NCBI GenBank assembly: GCA_002104905.1
Contig: MCFE01000028.1
Span: 124,001 to 188,000 of the forward strand
Reading direction: 5' to 3'
Source of the DNA: Basidiobolus meristosporus CBS 931.73
Lineage: Eukaryota > Fungi > Basidiobolomycota
Length of the DNA stretch: 64,000 nt
The notes under the pieces are model-generated. The model did no database searches and was not told where the DNA came from. It saw only the letters and a list, made by a program, of their open reading frames with translations. The translations under genes and the position numbers were made by a program. Below are positions 1-12,284 of this stretch, in pieces. Position 1 is the stretch's first letter, and each line of letters begins with the position of its first letter.

Positions 1-2888
1 ATGCAACATCACTGATCAAAATGGTGCCCATATTGCTTTGGGTATCAGAGATCAGAATCTATACAAGTTGACTTATATTCCATCATATTTGGAAGCCAAT
101 ATAAGTAACTTAAATGAAGAAACATTAATGCTTTGGCACAGGAGATTTGAGCTCATCAATTTTGATTATTTGCACAAAGTGATCAAAGATCAGCTAATTT
201 CTGGAGTAAAAACTGATCCCCCAGCTAATTTGTAGCACTCTGAAGCCTGCATATATGGGAAACAAGCCACACAACTGTTCAAGAGCTCTGGGCTAATCAA
301 AGCTAAGAAAAAGTCTAATCTAATTCACTCAGATCTGTGTGGACATATGCAATACTTATCTTAAGGCAGGATGAAGTATTCAATCAGTTTTACTGATGAT
401 TACACAAGATACATGTGGGTCTACATCATGGAGTGAAAGGAAGAGGCTCTGTCTATCTTCAGGGAGTTTAAAGCCATGGTGGAGAGAGAAACTAGTGAAA
501 AAATCAAGAAAATATGCTCTGACAATGGTGGAGAAGATACCTCTAAACTCTTCATCCACTTCTGTTAGATTCATGGAATAAAGCAAGCAGCTACTGCACC
601 ATACTCCCCACAGCAAAATGGAGTAGCAGAATGTGCAAACAGATCAATAATTGATATGGCAAGATCTATCATCCATGATCAAAATTTTCCTATAATTTTT
701 TGGCAGAATTAGTTGCCACAACTGTATTCCCTAAAAATAGGAGTTATAGCAGAGTACTTTGTGTTTCTACTCCACTTGAAGCAGGGTTTGGATACAGACC
801 AAATGCAGAACATCTAAGAAAATTTGGGTGTACAGCATATGCCAAGAGGCTGCCTGGAAATCAGTCAAAATTTGAGCCAAAAAGTATAAAATGCTTATTT
901 TTGGGCTACTGCAATGAGAGTAAAGCATACAGAATCTACAATACCAAAGCAAAAAAGCTAATCTATTCAAGGGATGTATTCTTTGATCAAGATTCCAATA
1001 TTTCATAAAAAATGACATCTGAAGATGACAAAAATCTGATCTTGAGTCCACCAATAGTCAGGATTAAATCAGAGCAAAACAATGAAAGCTTTTTCACTCC
1101 AGAGGACTCTACAACCATGGTTCAGCCTGAAGCAGCGCCCAGGAATATCCCAGAAGTGATCATTCCAGTGTCAGAATCTTGTAAATCCAATTATACAAGA
1201 AATAGCCCAAATTACTATATCAATGAGGGAACAAACTTAGCCTATGCCTACTTGGTCCATATTGATGAACCCCAGACTGTAAAAGAAGCCCTAAATAGCC
1301 CTCAGACAAAGCTTTGGAGATCTGCAATGACTGAGGAATAGCAGGCACTGATGGAATATCAAACTTGGGACTTAGTCAAATTACCAATCAACCAAAAATC
1401 AATTGGATGCAGATGGGTCTTCAAGACAAAATACAAGGCTGATGGTGCAATCAAAAGATACAAAGCAAGACTTGTGGCCAAAGAATGCTCTCAAACAAAA
1501 GGACTTGACTATACTGAGACCTTTGCACTGGTAGCCAAGTTTAATTCCATCATATTAATATTGGCTATTGCAGCCAAATACCAGTTTTTACACATGAAAT
1601 GGATGTAAAAGCTGCATTTTTGAATGGAGAACTTGATGAGGATGTTTACATGGACCAGCCATATGTTTTTGCACACCCAGATAGCCCCCAGCTGATCTGC
1701 AAGCTTAAAAAGTCTCTGTATGGACTCAAACAAGCACCAAGAGCCTGGGATTGCAACATAGATTCATATTTGGAATCTTTGAGCTTCAGAAGGAGCAATG
1801 CTGAATATAGTATATATTATAAGCCAGATAGAGCAAGTGCAGTTTTATTAGCTTTATATGTGGATGATCTTATAATAGCTACCAATAACCTAGCAACATT
1901 GGAAGAGACTAAATCCAGCCTATCTAAAGAGTTGAAGATGTCAGATCTATGAGAACTAAGTTACTACTTAGGGATAAAGCTCTCCATAGACAGAAGTACC
2001 CGGACTATCACCCTAAGCCAATCTAAGTGTATTCAATATATGCTAAAGAAGTACCAAGTGGAAGACTGTAAACAGGTAGCTACTCCAATGGAGACAAACC
2101 TTGACTTGTTCAAAACTCAATCAAATCAAGAGTGCTTAGTGCCATCTGAAAGCCCTGACTTCCTTATCAATCTATGAATGGCAGTCTGATGTATATCATG
2201 CTTGGAACATGTCCAGATATCTCATATTCAGTGGGAGTTGTCAGCCAACATAATCACAACTATGGATCTGATCATATTGCAGCAGTGAAGCGGATTTTCA
2301 GATCCCTAAAAGGAACTGCTGATATCTGCTTAAGATACACTTATAAGGATTCAGAACAGGATCTTGTAGGATACTGTGATGCTGATTGGGGACAAAATCT
2401 GGAAGACAGAAGATCTATTGCAGGATACACCTTTCTTTACTGTAAAGGGGCAATATCATGGAATTCAAGAAAGCAACCAACCGTAGCACTTTCTACCCCA
2501 GTGGCAGAGTATATGGCAGCCTGTGAAGCTACAAAAGAAGCAATGTGGTTAAGAAAGCTTTTTGCAGATTTAGGCCTATGTCAAAAAATGCCTATTACTT
2601 TATTGCAAGATAATCAAGGATGTATACAGTGTGATAGAAATCCAGCTTTTCATGCTAGAACCAAGCGCAAATATACTCAACATCATTTCATATGTGAAGC
2701 TTTAGAGAATAACTTAGTTAGCTTAGTTGATTGTCCTTTAAATGAAATCATTGCAGACAAACTTACTAAACCATTTGCTGGGACATGTTTGAATATCTTA
2801 GGTCAAAATTAGGACTTGTCAATATGAACACTTAGCTGAGTGGGAGTATTGTAAAAATTTGCAATTCCACCTAAATATTCACCTAACT
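1..2888 (+). mobile_element. Ty1/copia LTR retrotransposon, family A, copy 1 (5' part outside window, degenerate; 3' LTR truncated)
   Basis: Fragmented ORFs give GAG-pre-integrase (LWHRRF), integrase (YSPQQNGVAE), RT (WVFKTK..YKARLVAK, QMDVK.AFLNG, LYVDDL) and RNase H (GYCDADW, ISWNSRKQPTVALS). PPT TTAGCTGAGTGGGAG at 2832-2846, LTR stub 2847-2888. Many stops and frameshifts. Confidence 0.93.
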
Positions 2889-4487
2889 AGCATTTCCAAT
2901 ATATTTGATGGCAAACAATACAAATCACTAAGAAGTAAGGACTTCTTTGAAGATATGTATGATCATGCCTTTGCTTTGCACTTGAGGCATTTTTATTTAA
3001 CAAGTACTCTACTGGCCAATCCTGCTGGCCACTGATTCTCATTAACTTGAATCTGCCACCTGTCTTACGGTATCAAAGCAGAAATCTGATGCTAGTCTTA
3101 CTGGTATCTGGGCCTAAATCATCATGCAACCTGAATAGCTGCCTGAATCTATTACTGGATGAATATTTAGGCTATTCAGTGGGACACTAGTAAAGGCCAT
3201 TATATCAAAGTACTTATTAATATCTGCATTGGAGACACCCCAGCCATCAGCAAGATAGCCAGCTTCTCTGGGCACATATATATGGATGGTGTAATGGGAG
3301 GTAGAAAATAATGCCATTTGGTACATTGGTATGGTATCATTATATCAAACTAGTTGTTGGATGCTGTACTGCCATTATAAGGCATTCAGAGGTCCACAAT
3401 ATGGCTGCCAGAATATCATCAAGCTTCTAGCTATCTAGGCAATTGGATGTATTAGCTAGTTAGGTCTAATCAAAAAAATGCTGAGTGCACTAAGACCATT
3501 AGAATACCATGCAATTTCTGTCAAAAGACTGCTTAAGCACTGTCAAACTTTTAACTTTATTTGGCAGTAACTTCAGTAAAACACTGACACTATCTCATCA
3601 CAAGATTATGTAGAGGGTTGATAATTCCATGATGCCAGCATTATAATGGACACATTGAGGGATACTGACTATTGATCTGGATTTGATCTACCCATGGAAC
3701 CAATTTACTTTACATAGAGTTTCTGCTACCCAATGATTTTGCAGTAAACTTCATTAATATTTAAACTCCTGAGCTATAATAGAAGTGCAAGAATTAAATG
3801 AACTGGATATGTATTTATCCAAGTGGCTTTCAAAAGCAATTTCTGCCAATAGAGCATTGGAAGCAATGGGAGTCATATGTAGACATTGTAGGAATATTTA
3901 TCCAGAAGAAGATTGCCAGTGCTAACTTGACCCATATAGAGCTTTTATGCAAGGAGTTTGTGATTGGATTTGAGCAGCTATACTATGGGCCAGAAGCTGA
4001 ATAGGTAGATCCACTGTGGTATCCATCTCTACTTCATCTTGTTTGGCAACCAAACAATATTGGGCCTTGCATTGCCTTTGGAAGTTTCCTTTGGAGTGGA
4101 TTTCAAGGGAGTTAGGCGGACAAGTCAAGTTGAAAGTACTAACATATTCCAACCTTATCAGGAATATCATCTTTAAGTCTATAATGGATATGAGAGACTG
4201 GCACATAAAGAACACCCTATGAAAAATTATTGTAATGATCCCATCAAAAGGCCATCTCATATTTAAAGTCCTGTAACTAAGAGGTACTAATCCTGTCAGG
4301 ACACTGCCCAGTAACCATTGAAAAATAATTGCACCCCAGATTTCACAAAAAACTTAGTCAAGATTTTTCATTACAACAATATGTAAGTGGCTATTGATTG
4401 GTTCCCTGCCAATTTGCTCACTTTTTGATCCCAGACACTCTATCACCTCCTGCATTTGTGTGCATTGATTAGCTATTGCCTCTTTTT
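2889..4487 (+). mobile_element. Scrambled fragments of a CACTA/EnSpm (Tnp2-family) DNA transposon
   Basis: Pieces homologous to the copies at 14.9-20.6 kb and 30.6-34.2 kb: IFDGK.YK, WPLILINLNLP, GDTPAISK, MNWICIY, LLHLVW..K..GPC..WKFPLE. Confidence 0.75.
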
Positions 4488-7400
4488 TACTGTAAGAGTC
4501 TTGGAGATATTGGAAGCAATTGGGAGGACAAGTAGATTATGTGGTTTTTACTTTACGATATTTGAATGTAAAAGTAGTATTTATACCTTTGTATGGTCTT
4601 GGCATAGCAAACACATAGAGTGGGCTAAAGAAGGTCCTAAGAGCATGTGTACAAAGTGTGGGGCTGTTTGGACAACTTTGAGAATTTTCATGTACTGGGT
4701 ACCAGGTATTTTGGTGAAAATATTCTAAGTAGATTCCAACAAGGAATTTGGTCAGTATTCTCTAGGATTTGAAGGTAATGATCTAAGTGACTAAGTTGGA
4801 TGAATATTCAGGTGGAATTACAAATTTTTACAATACTCCCACTCAGCTAAATGTTCATACTGACTAGTCCTAATTTTGACCTAGGATATTCAAACTTGTC
4901 TCTAGTTGATGGTTTGGTAGATATGTCTGCAATCATTTCATCTGAAAGACAGTAAACTAAGCTAACTAAGTTATTCTTTATAGCTTCACATGTGAAATGA
5001 TGTCCAATATTTATGTGCTTAGTTCTAGCATTAAGAGTTTGATTTCAATCTAATTGTGTATATCATTGATTATCTTGAAATAAAGTAATAGGCGTTTTTT
5101 AACATAGGCCTAAATCTGTAAAAGCTTTTTTAACCACACTGCTTCTGTTGTAGCTTCACAGGCTGCCATATACTCTGCCTCTGGGGTAGAAAGTGCTATG
5201 GTTGGTTGCTTTCTTGAATTCCATGATATTGCTCCTAGACAGTAAAGAAAGGTGTATCCTATGGTGGATCTTCTGTCTTCTAAATTTTGTCCCCAATCAG
5301 CATCAGAGTATCCCACAAGATCTTGTTCTGAATTCTTATAGGTGTATTGTAAGCAGATATCAGCAGTTCCTTTAGGTATCTAAAAATCCCCTTAACTGCT
5401 GCAATATGATCAGATCCATAGTTCTGATTATGTTGGCTGACAACTCCCACTGAATATGAGATATCTCAAAGTGTTCCAAGCATGCTTTACATCAAACTGC
5501 TGACCATAGGTTGATAAGGAAAGTTGGGGCTTTCCAATTGCACCAGGCTCTCTTGATTTGGCTGAGTATTGATCAAATTAAGGTTTGTCTCCATTGGGGT
5601 AGCTACCAGTTTACAGTCTTTCATTTGGTACTTCTTAAGTATATCTTCATTATACTTGAACTGGCTTATGGTACTTGTCTGGATACTTCTGTCTATGGAG
5701 AACTTAATCCCTAAGTAGTAACTGGGTTCTCCAAGATTGGACATCTTGAACTCCTTAGATAGGCCAGATTTAGTTGTTTCTAATGTTGCTGAATTATTGG
5801 TGGCTATAAAAGATCATCCACATATAGAGCTAATAGAACTTGATTTGCTCTATCTGGCTTATAGTATATAATAAAGTCAGCATTACTCCTTTTGAAACCC
5901 AGAGATTCCAAATAAGAAACTATCTTGCAATTCCAGGCTCCTGGTGATTGTTTGAGACTATATAGAGACTTTTTAGGCTTGTCAACCAAATGGGGGTTAT
6001 CTTGGTCAAGAAACCCATTAGGCTGGTCCATATACATGTCCTCATCAAGTTCTCCATTCAAAAGTGCAGTTTTACATCCATTTAATGAATAAAAAACTTA
6101 TATTTGGCAGCAATAGCCAATAGTGATCTGATGGAATTAAACTTGGCTACTGGTGCAAAGATCTCAGTAAAATCTAGTTCTTTTGTTTGAGAATATCATT
6201 TGGCCACAAGTTTTGCTTTGAATCTTTTAGTTGTACCATCAGCCTTATATATTGTCTTGAAGACCCATCTGCATCCAATTGATTTTTGGTTGATTGGTAA
6301 TTTGACCAAGGACTAAGTTTCATTTTCCATCAGGTCCTGATATTGCTCAGTCATTGCAGATCATCAAAACCTTGTCTGAGGGCTATCTAGGGCCTCTTTA
6401 CAGTCTGGGGTCATCAATATGGACTGAATAGGCATAGGCTAAGTTTGCTCCATTGTTGATACAGTAATTTGGGCTATTTCTTGTGCAATTGGATCTCCAG
6501 GCAATTGATACTAGAATGATCACTTCTGGGATATCCCTGGGGGCTGATTCTGGCTGAACCATGGTTGTAGAGTCCTCTGTAGTGAAAAAACTTCATTGTT
6601 TTGCTCTGATTCAATCCTGACTATTGTTGGACTTAAGACTAGATTTTTGTCATCACCTGCAGTAATTATTTGTGAAAATTTTGAAATTTGATCAGACAAC
6701 ACATCCCTGGACTTGATCAGCTTTTTTACTTTGGTGTTGTAGGGTCTGTATGCCTCACTCTCATTGCCATAGCCCAAAAATATGCATTTTACACTTTTGA
6801 CTCAAATTTTGGCTGATTTCCAGGCAGTTTCTTGGCATGTGCTGTACACCCAAATATTCTTAGATGTTCTGCACTTGGTCAGTATCTATACCATGCTTCA
6901 AATGGAGTAGAATCACAAAGTGTTCTGTTATAACTCCTATTTGTATGGTGTACTGCTGTAGCAACTGATTCCTCCCAAAAATCATAGGATAAATTTTGAT
7001 CATGGATCATATATCTTGCCATATCAATAGTTGAACCGCTTGCGCATTATGCTACTCCACTTTACTGTGGGGAGTATGGTACAGTAGTCTCTTGATTTAT
7101 CCCATAAATCTTGCTGTAGTGGATGAAGAATTTTGTGGTATATTCTCCACTATTGTAAGAGCATATTTTCTTGATTTTTTCACCAGTTTCTCTATTCACC
7201 ATGGCTTTAAACTCCCTGAGCTTATAAAGAGCTTTTTCCTTTCTCTCCGTGAAGTAGACCCCTGTGTATCTTGTATAAGCATCAATAAAAGTGATTAAAT
7301 ACTTCATTCTGCCTAAGGATAAATTTTGCATAGTTCCACACAGATCTGAGTGAGTTAGATCTAATTTCTGCTTAGTTTTGAGTAACCCAGTGCTCTTGAA

Positions 7401-7667
7401 GTGTTGTCTGGCTTGTTACCCAAATATGCAGGCTTCACAGTGCTCTAAATCAGCTGGGAGATCAATTTTCACTCCAGAAAGTAGCTGATCTTTGCTCATT
7501 TTGCGCAAATAATCAAAATTGATGTGCCCAAACCTCCTGTGTCAAAGCGTTGGAGTTTCTTTACTCAAGTTACTTATATTAGCTTCCAAATATGATGGAA
7601 TATAAGTCAACCTGTATAGATTCTGATCTCTGATACCCAAAGCTATATGGGCACCATTTTGATCAGT

Positions 7668-8035
7668 TGTTACAAGTCTTGGTATAAGAGTTGTAGAGGA
7701 ATAGGGAGTTTAGCTAGTATTGTATTCACTAAAACTTGAACTGATTTTTATTGAGGTTCCAGCAGCTCCTTATATACATTTTGCCAGATCAATTGCTGAC
7801 TAATTGTATTTCCTAATGTAGGTTGTGGCTAATGACTCATTTGATTGCATCATCATCACCCAATAAGATCCTACTTTATATATCTATTTCTGTCTGATAA
7901 GGATCTGCTGATTCATTTGCTGACTAATGCTACTGATTTCATAGATAATACTGATATACTGATAACCTAAACATATACTAATTGATTTGACTAAAAACTG
8001 ATCTAACTTAAACATTCAAGCGGCAGATTATAACA
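7668..8035 (-). repeat. Gypsy 3' LTR (368 bp)
   Basis: Near-identical direct repeat of 11479-11845, with TG...CA ends. Confidence 0.95.
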
Positions 8036-8045
8036 TTTTCCCCTA

Positions 8046-9467
8046 CTAAAGTTGAGAGAGTTCTCCTGAATCTCTTTTCTTGTGATACCAATATCTTGAT
8101 GGTTCAGTATTATCAGCAAGTCTTGCAAGCTTGAGTCTATCCCTATGCACTAAGTCTTCCCGGATATTGCCTTGTTTGTCCACCAGTTGGTAAGTTGCAA
8201 ATGGACATTCTCTGATGATCTTGAATGGTCCTGTCCATTGTGGCTCAAACTTCTTCCAAGTGTTGTTTCTTAGCAATACAAAGTTCCCAACTGTCAATGC
8301 TTCTGGTGCTATAGTCTTATCAAATCTCTGCTTCATCTTTTCTGCACTTTGAGATACTTTGGTCTGTGCCTCTTGACATCTTTGTTCCAGTTGCTGGTGT
8401 CTACTTGGCTGACTGAGTTCATCTTCTAAGGTGTTTGTAAGTTTTGGTGGTGTGAGATCTCCTGGAATCCTTGGTTCACATCCATAAACTAAGTAAAATG
8501 GTGATTGCTGGGTGGTGTTGTGTACTCTGACTCTGCATGCAAAGAGTGCTTGGTCTATATACTCATTCCATCTACTGACAACTCCATTTGCATACTTGGT
8601 CAGCATTTTTCCAAATAATCCATTAAACCGCTCAGTGACTCCATTAGTTCTGGGGTGATATGCCAAGGTTTTCAAGTGTCTGATCTGCTGCATTTCCAGG
8701 TAAGCCTCTAATGTCTTTGCCATAAAGTTTGCACCTCTATCGGATAAGATCTCCACAGGGCATCCAAACTTCATCAGGATCTCATGGTAAATGAAACTTG
8801 CAACTTCTTGTTCACTGGCTATTGGTACAGCTTTAGCAACTGGCCATTTAGTGGCATGGTCAATTGCTACAAGGATCCAACGGTTGCATTTCCTGGTAGT
8901 TGGCAGTCTTCCAATAAAGTCAATTCCCCATCTCTCAAATGGTCTTACAGGCTCCAAAGGGAAGAGTTTGGCAATTCTTTGTGGCTGGCCTTGATTGATT
9001 TGGCAGTTTGGGCATGTTTTCACTAGCTTCTCAATATCTTGTTTCATTCTGGGTCACCATGCTCTGGCTTTCACAAGGCTATAGGTTCCTTCAATCCCAA
9101 GATGTCCATATCCATTGTGTAGCTTATGTATTAAATCCAGGCAAGCAACATAAGGACAATAGGCAATAGGGCTTCCATCAACAATTTGGTAGAGTGTTTC
9201 ATCCTGTACAACAAATTTGCTGGCTTCATCACAAATTATCTTCTTGATATCTTCATCCACCTCATTAGGAATGGCTTGGTCCTCCAAGTACTTTGGTAAT
9301 AGGCTAGGCCAATCTGATTCATGCACCAAGTTGAGTTGTGCAACTTGATCTAATCTTGATAAGGCATTAGCAACCATGTTGTTTTTTCCAGGACAGTAGA
9401 CAATCTCCAGGTCAAATTGCTGAATGTATTCACTCCATCTTTCTAGAGAGGGCATTAGTGAGGCCAA
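8046..9467 (-). pseudogene. Gypsy RNase H tail plus integrase (HHCC zinc finger, DDE core, GPF/Y motif); one in-frame TGA at ~9054
   Basis: H..YGHLG...C.NC zinc finger, WGIDFIG, SDRGANF, YHPRTNGVTERFN and WTGPFKI. No chromodomain visible. Confidence 0.9.
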
Positions 9468-9915
9468 AACTCATGACTAAGTACTCGTAATGTCCATATC
9501 TGGTCCTAAATGCTGTCTTAGGAATATCTTCTGGTTTCACCCTAATTTGGTTGTATCCTGACATGAGGTCAATCTTGCTGAAAATAGTGGCTCCATTAAG
9601 TTGGTCCAAAAGCTCATCAATCCAAGGTATGGGGTACTTATTCTTGACGGTAACTGAGTTCAGGGCTCTGTAGTCAATGCACATCCTAAGTGTTCCATCC
9701 TTCTTTTTTACAAAAAGCACTGGTGCTCCCCAAGGTGACTTGCTGGGTCTGATGTATCCTTGCTCCAATAGCTGACCAATTTGTCTCTTCATTTCCTCCA
9801 ACTCCAATGGACTCATTCTGTAAGGTGTCTTGCTCACTGGAGGGCTATCTCTTGTGTCAATGGCATGATCCACATCTCTGACTGGTGGTAGGCTTACAAG
9901 CTCATCTGGAAACAC
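9430..9915 (-). pseudogene. Gypsy reverse transcriptase, N-terminal half only
   Basis: [29 protein letters not shown]...[16 protein letters not shown], then an abrupt jump to the RNase H end motif ([10 protein letters not shown]). No YxDD. Confidence 0.92.
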
Positions 9916-9929
9916 GTCTGAATATTTCT

Positions 9930-11420
9930 TTAAGAGAGTCTGGACCTGCTAGGGTGCTGGGTAGAGGAATCCTCCTGTAATACCGCCATGAGGAACATCT
10001 TGGTACCTTTTCTAAGTGCTCTACAGAACAGGGTCTTGCTAAGTTCACCTGTCTCACACATACTGGAATTGACCAAGTTGAAATCCAGCCTGGCAGGTAA
10101 TAGCTCATAGGTCTTGTTGTCTTTTTGGATCTGAGTAGCATGGGTTCTCCAGTTGATTGATGGATTACAACAAAATAGCCAGGTTTTTCCTAGTACAAGG
10201 TCAAACTTGCAGTTCCCAAATATATAAGCCTGTAGGTCTTCTTCATAGTCATTGATCTTCATTCTTACTGGCTGAGTAATACGGTTGATTATGTGAGAGT
10301 TCCCATCAGCTGTTGAGACTGAAGTTGATTTGGTAGGTTCTGAGTTGATCCCAGCTTTCAGAACAATTTGCTCTGACATGTATTCATGCAATGCTCCTGA
10401 GTCAATCATGATCTTGGCAGGTACTCCATTGATTACTCCATTCAAGTATAATAGCTTTCCTGAGTTTGAGGTCATCCGGGATAGGTATTCTTCTGTCATG
10501 TGGAAGGTGAGTTCTGAGTCTTCTTCAAGTTCATCCTTCATGTTACTATGCTCCATGGCCTCAATACGGTTAAAGGTTCTTGATGGCTGGTGTCCATTTC
10601 TTCTGTGAGGGCAGTACTTTGCAATATGTCCTTGCTGGTGGCAATTGAAGCAAAGTCCTTTCTTCTTACATTCTTCCAAGGCAGGATTCTTCTGCATAGC
10701 ATCTATTTCCATTGGTACTGCTTCTGACTGTCTTCTTTCATAATGATTGTAACCTTTCTGTTTAGTCACTGTAGGCTTCCCAACTCCAAACATAGCTGAA
10801 TCATAATCAATGGCAATCTTGATGGCTTCTTCAATAGTCTGAGGTCTTTGATAATTCACTTCCTTGCAAGTTCTTTCTTTTAACCCATCAATAAAGTATT
10901 CAACTTGATCCAGGAGGTCCATTCTTTCAATTTGTCCAAGTAGACATCTGTACTCACAGATGTATTCTTGAACCATTCCTTTCTGTCTGAGTGTCTTTAA
11001 CTTCCCTCTTAGTAGTGTCTGTTGGTGTGGAGGTTCAAAAGCATCCTGAATTTCCAACACAAACTCATCCCAGGTAGAGATTGTAGAGCATCCCATCATA
11101 GTGGCTGACCTGATCTTGTTGTGGTACCACTGTAAAGCTGCATCTGCCAGGTAAGAAGCTGCATAATGCAACTTGCTTTCTGGAGCAATTCCTTTAGCTT
11201 TAAAAGCTTCTTCAATCTGAAAGAGCCAAGTTCCCAGGTTTTCATTGACTCTGCCATGGTACCGGTTGACCTTCACACTGAAGTTGTTCTTAACAGGGCT
11301 TAGCTGGTTCTGAGCCATGATAGTTATTCCTTGTTGCTGTTGGCTGAGGATCTGGAGTAACTGTTGCTGTTGGGCCAGGATTTGCTGCATGGCATTCTTC
11401 CTTTCTTGATTGTCCAACAT
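9930..11420 (-). CDS. Gypsy gag-protease (retrotransposon gag, CCHC knuckle, aspartic protease)
   Basis: 496-aa open ORF with WLFQIE...AASYL..AALQW capsid motif, [14 protein letters not shown] and IMIDSGA. Confidence 0.92.
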   Translation of the reverse strand: MLDNQERKNAMQQILAQQQQLLQILSQQQQGITIMAQNQLSPVKNNFSVKVNRYHGRVNENLGTWLFQIEEAFKAKGIAPESKLHYAASYLADAALQWYHNKIRSATMMGCSTISTWDEFVLEIQDAFEPPHQQTLLRGKLKTLRQKGMVQEYICEYRCLLGQIERMDLLDQVEYFIDGLKERTCKEVNYQRPQTIEEAIKIAIDYDSAMFGVGKPTVTKQKGYNHYERRQSEAVPMEIDAMQKNPALEECKKKGLCFNCHQQGHIAKYCPHRRNGHQPSRTFNRIEAMEHSNMKDELEEDSELTFHMTEEYLSRMTSNSGKLLYLNGVINGVPAKIMIDSGALHEYMSEQIVLKAGINSEPTKSTSVSTADGNSHIINRITQPVRMKINDYEEDLQAYIFGNCKFDLVLGKTWLFCCNPSINWRTHATQIQKDNKTYELLPARLDFNLVNSSMCETGELSKTLFCRALRKGTKMFLMAVLQEDSSTQHPSRSRLS

Positions 11421-11478
11421 CTTGAGGGTGGTTTCTTCTTTCTTCAGGAGGGAGGTTTCTGGTTATTGCTGCTACCAA

Positions 11479-11845
11479 TGTTACAAGTCTTGGTATAAGA
11501 GTTGTAGAGGAATAGGGAGTTTAGCTAGTATTGTATTCACTAAAACTTGAACTGATTTTTATTGAGGTTCCAGCAGCTCCTTATATACATTTTGCCAGAT
11601 CAATTGCTGACTAATTGTATTTCCTAATGTAGGTTGTGGCTGATGACTTATTTGATTGCATCATCATCACCCAATAAGATCCTACTTAATATATCTATTT
11701 CTGTCTGATAAGGATCTGCTGATTCATTTGCTGACTAATGCTACTGATTTCATAGATAACACTGATATACTGATAACCTAAACATATACTAATTGATTTG
11801 ACTAAAACTGATCTAACTTAAACATTCAAGCGGCAGATCATAACA
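11479..11845 (-). repeat. Gypsy 5' LTR (367 bp)
   Basis: Direct repeat of 7668-8035; the PBS lies immediately inside it. Confidence 0.95.
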
Positions 11846-12284
11846 CAGTGATCTTGCGTTGAGAATTGCCAACGCTGAAAATGAGTCCTTCTGCAGTGGA
11901 CTTGCTTACAGATAGTAGGTTCTTGGCTATTTCTGGTACATAGAGTACTTCTTTAAAGGTCAGTGTATAGCTTCCTTCACTGCTTCTGAGGTTTACTTGA
12001 ACAGTTCCTTCTCCCACCGCATCAAGTGTTTTATTGTCGCCCATGAAAACCTTCTTGATTGGAATTTCTTGATATTGAATAAAAAGTTCTTTTTTGTGTG
12101 TAAAGTGTTCAGATGCTCCAGAGTCAATGTACCACATCTGAGAATCCTTGTTTTTGGTCATATTTAGTGCAGATATTAGTAGTATATCTTCAGTTGTTGC
12201 AGCATTTCCATATTCAGGCTTCTTTTGCTGATTATCTCTCCCTATGAAAGATTTCTGAGATGATTCCGTCAAAAGGCTATCATA

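Larger units (their letters stand above)
7668..11845 (-). mobile_element. Ty3/gypsy LTR retrotransposon with both LTRs and an internal deletion of the RT C-half and RNase H
   Basis: LTRs at 7668-8035 and 11479-11845 (TGTTA...TAACA) differ by about 5 substitutions and 1 indel by eye. 4-bp TSD CAGT. PBS TGGTAGCAGC next to the 5' LTR, purine tract next to the 3' LTR. Domain order gag-PR-RT-IN. Confidence 0.95.
4488..12250 (-). mobile_element. Ty1/copia family A, copy 2 (antisense, gag largely missing), interrupted by a Ty3/gypsy element
   Basis: 3' LTR at 4488-4835 is the reverse complement of the family A LTR, followed by PPT complement CTCCCACTCAGCTAA at 4836. Minus-strand RNase H (5110-5316), RT (5804-6061) and integrase (7062-7331) fragments. 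Protease WYIDSGAS at 11838-12272. The copia sequence resumes exactly after the gypsy insert. Confidence 0.9.

Noticed and set aside
8046-8200. Chromodomain at the gypsy integrase C-terminus
   Set aside because: The ORF ends shortly after the GPF motif with no chromodomain pattern.
9916-9960. Programmed frameshift between gypsy protease and RT
   Set aside because: The position is atypical (after PR, not after gag), no clear slippery site was seen, and other lesions are present. A mutational indel is more likely.
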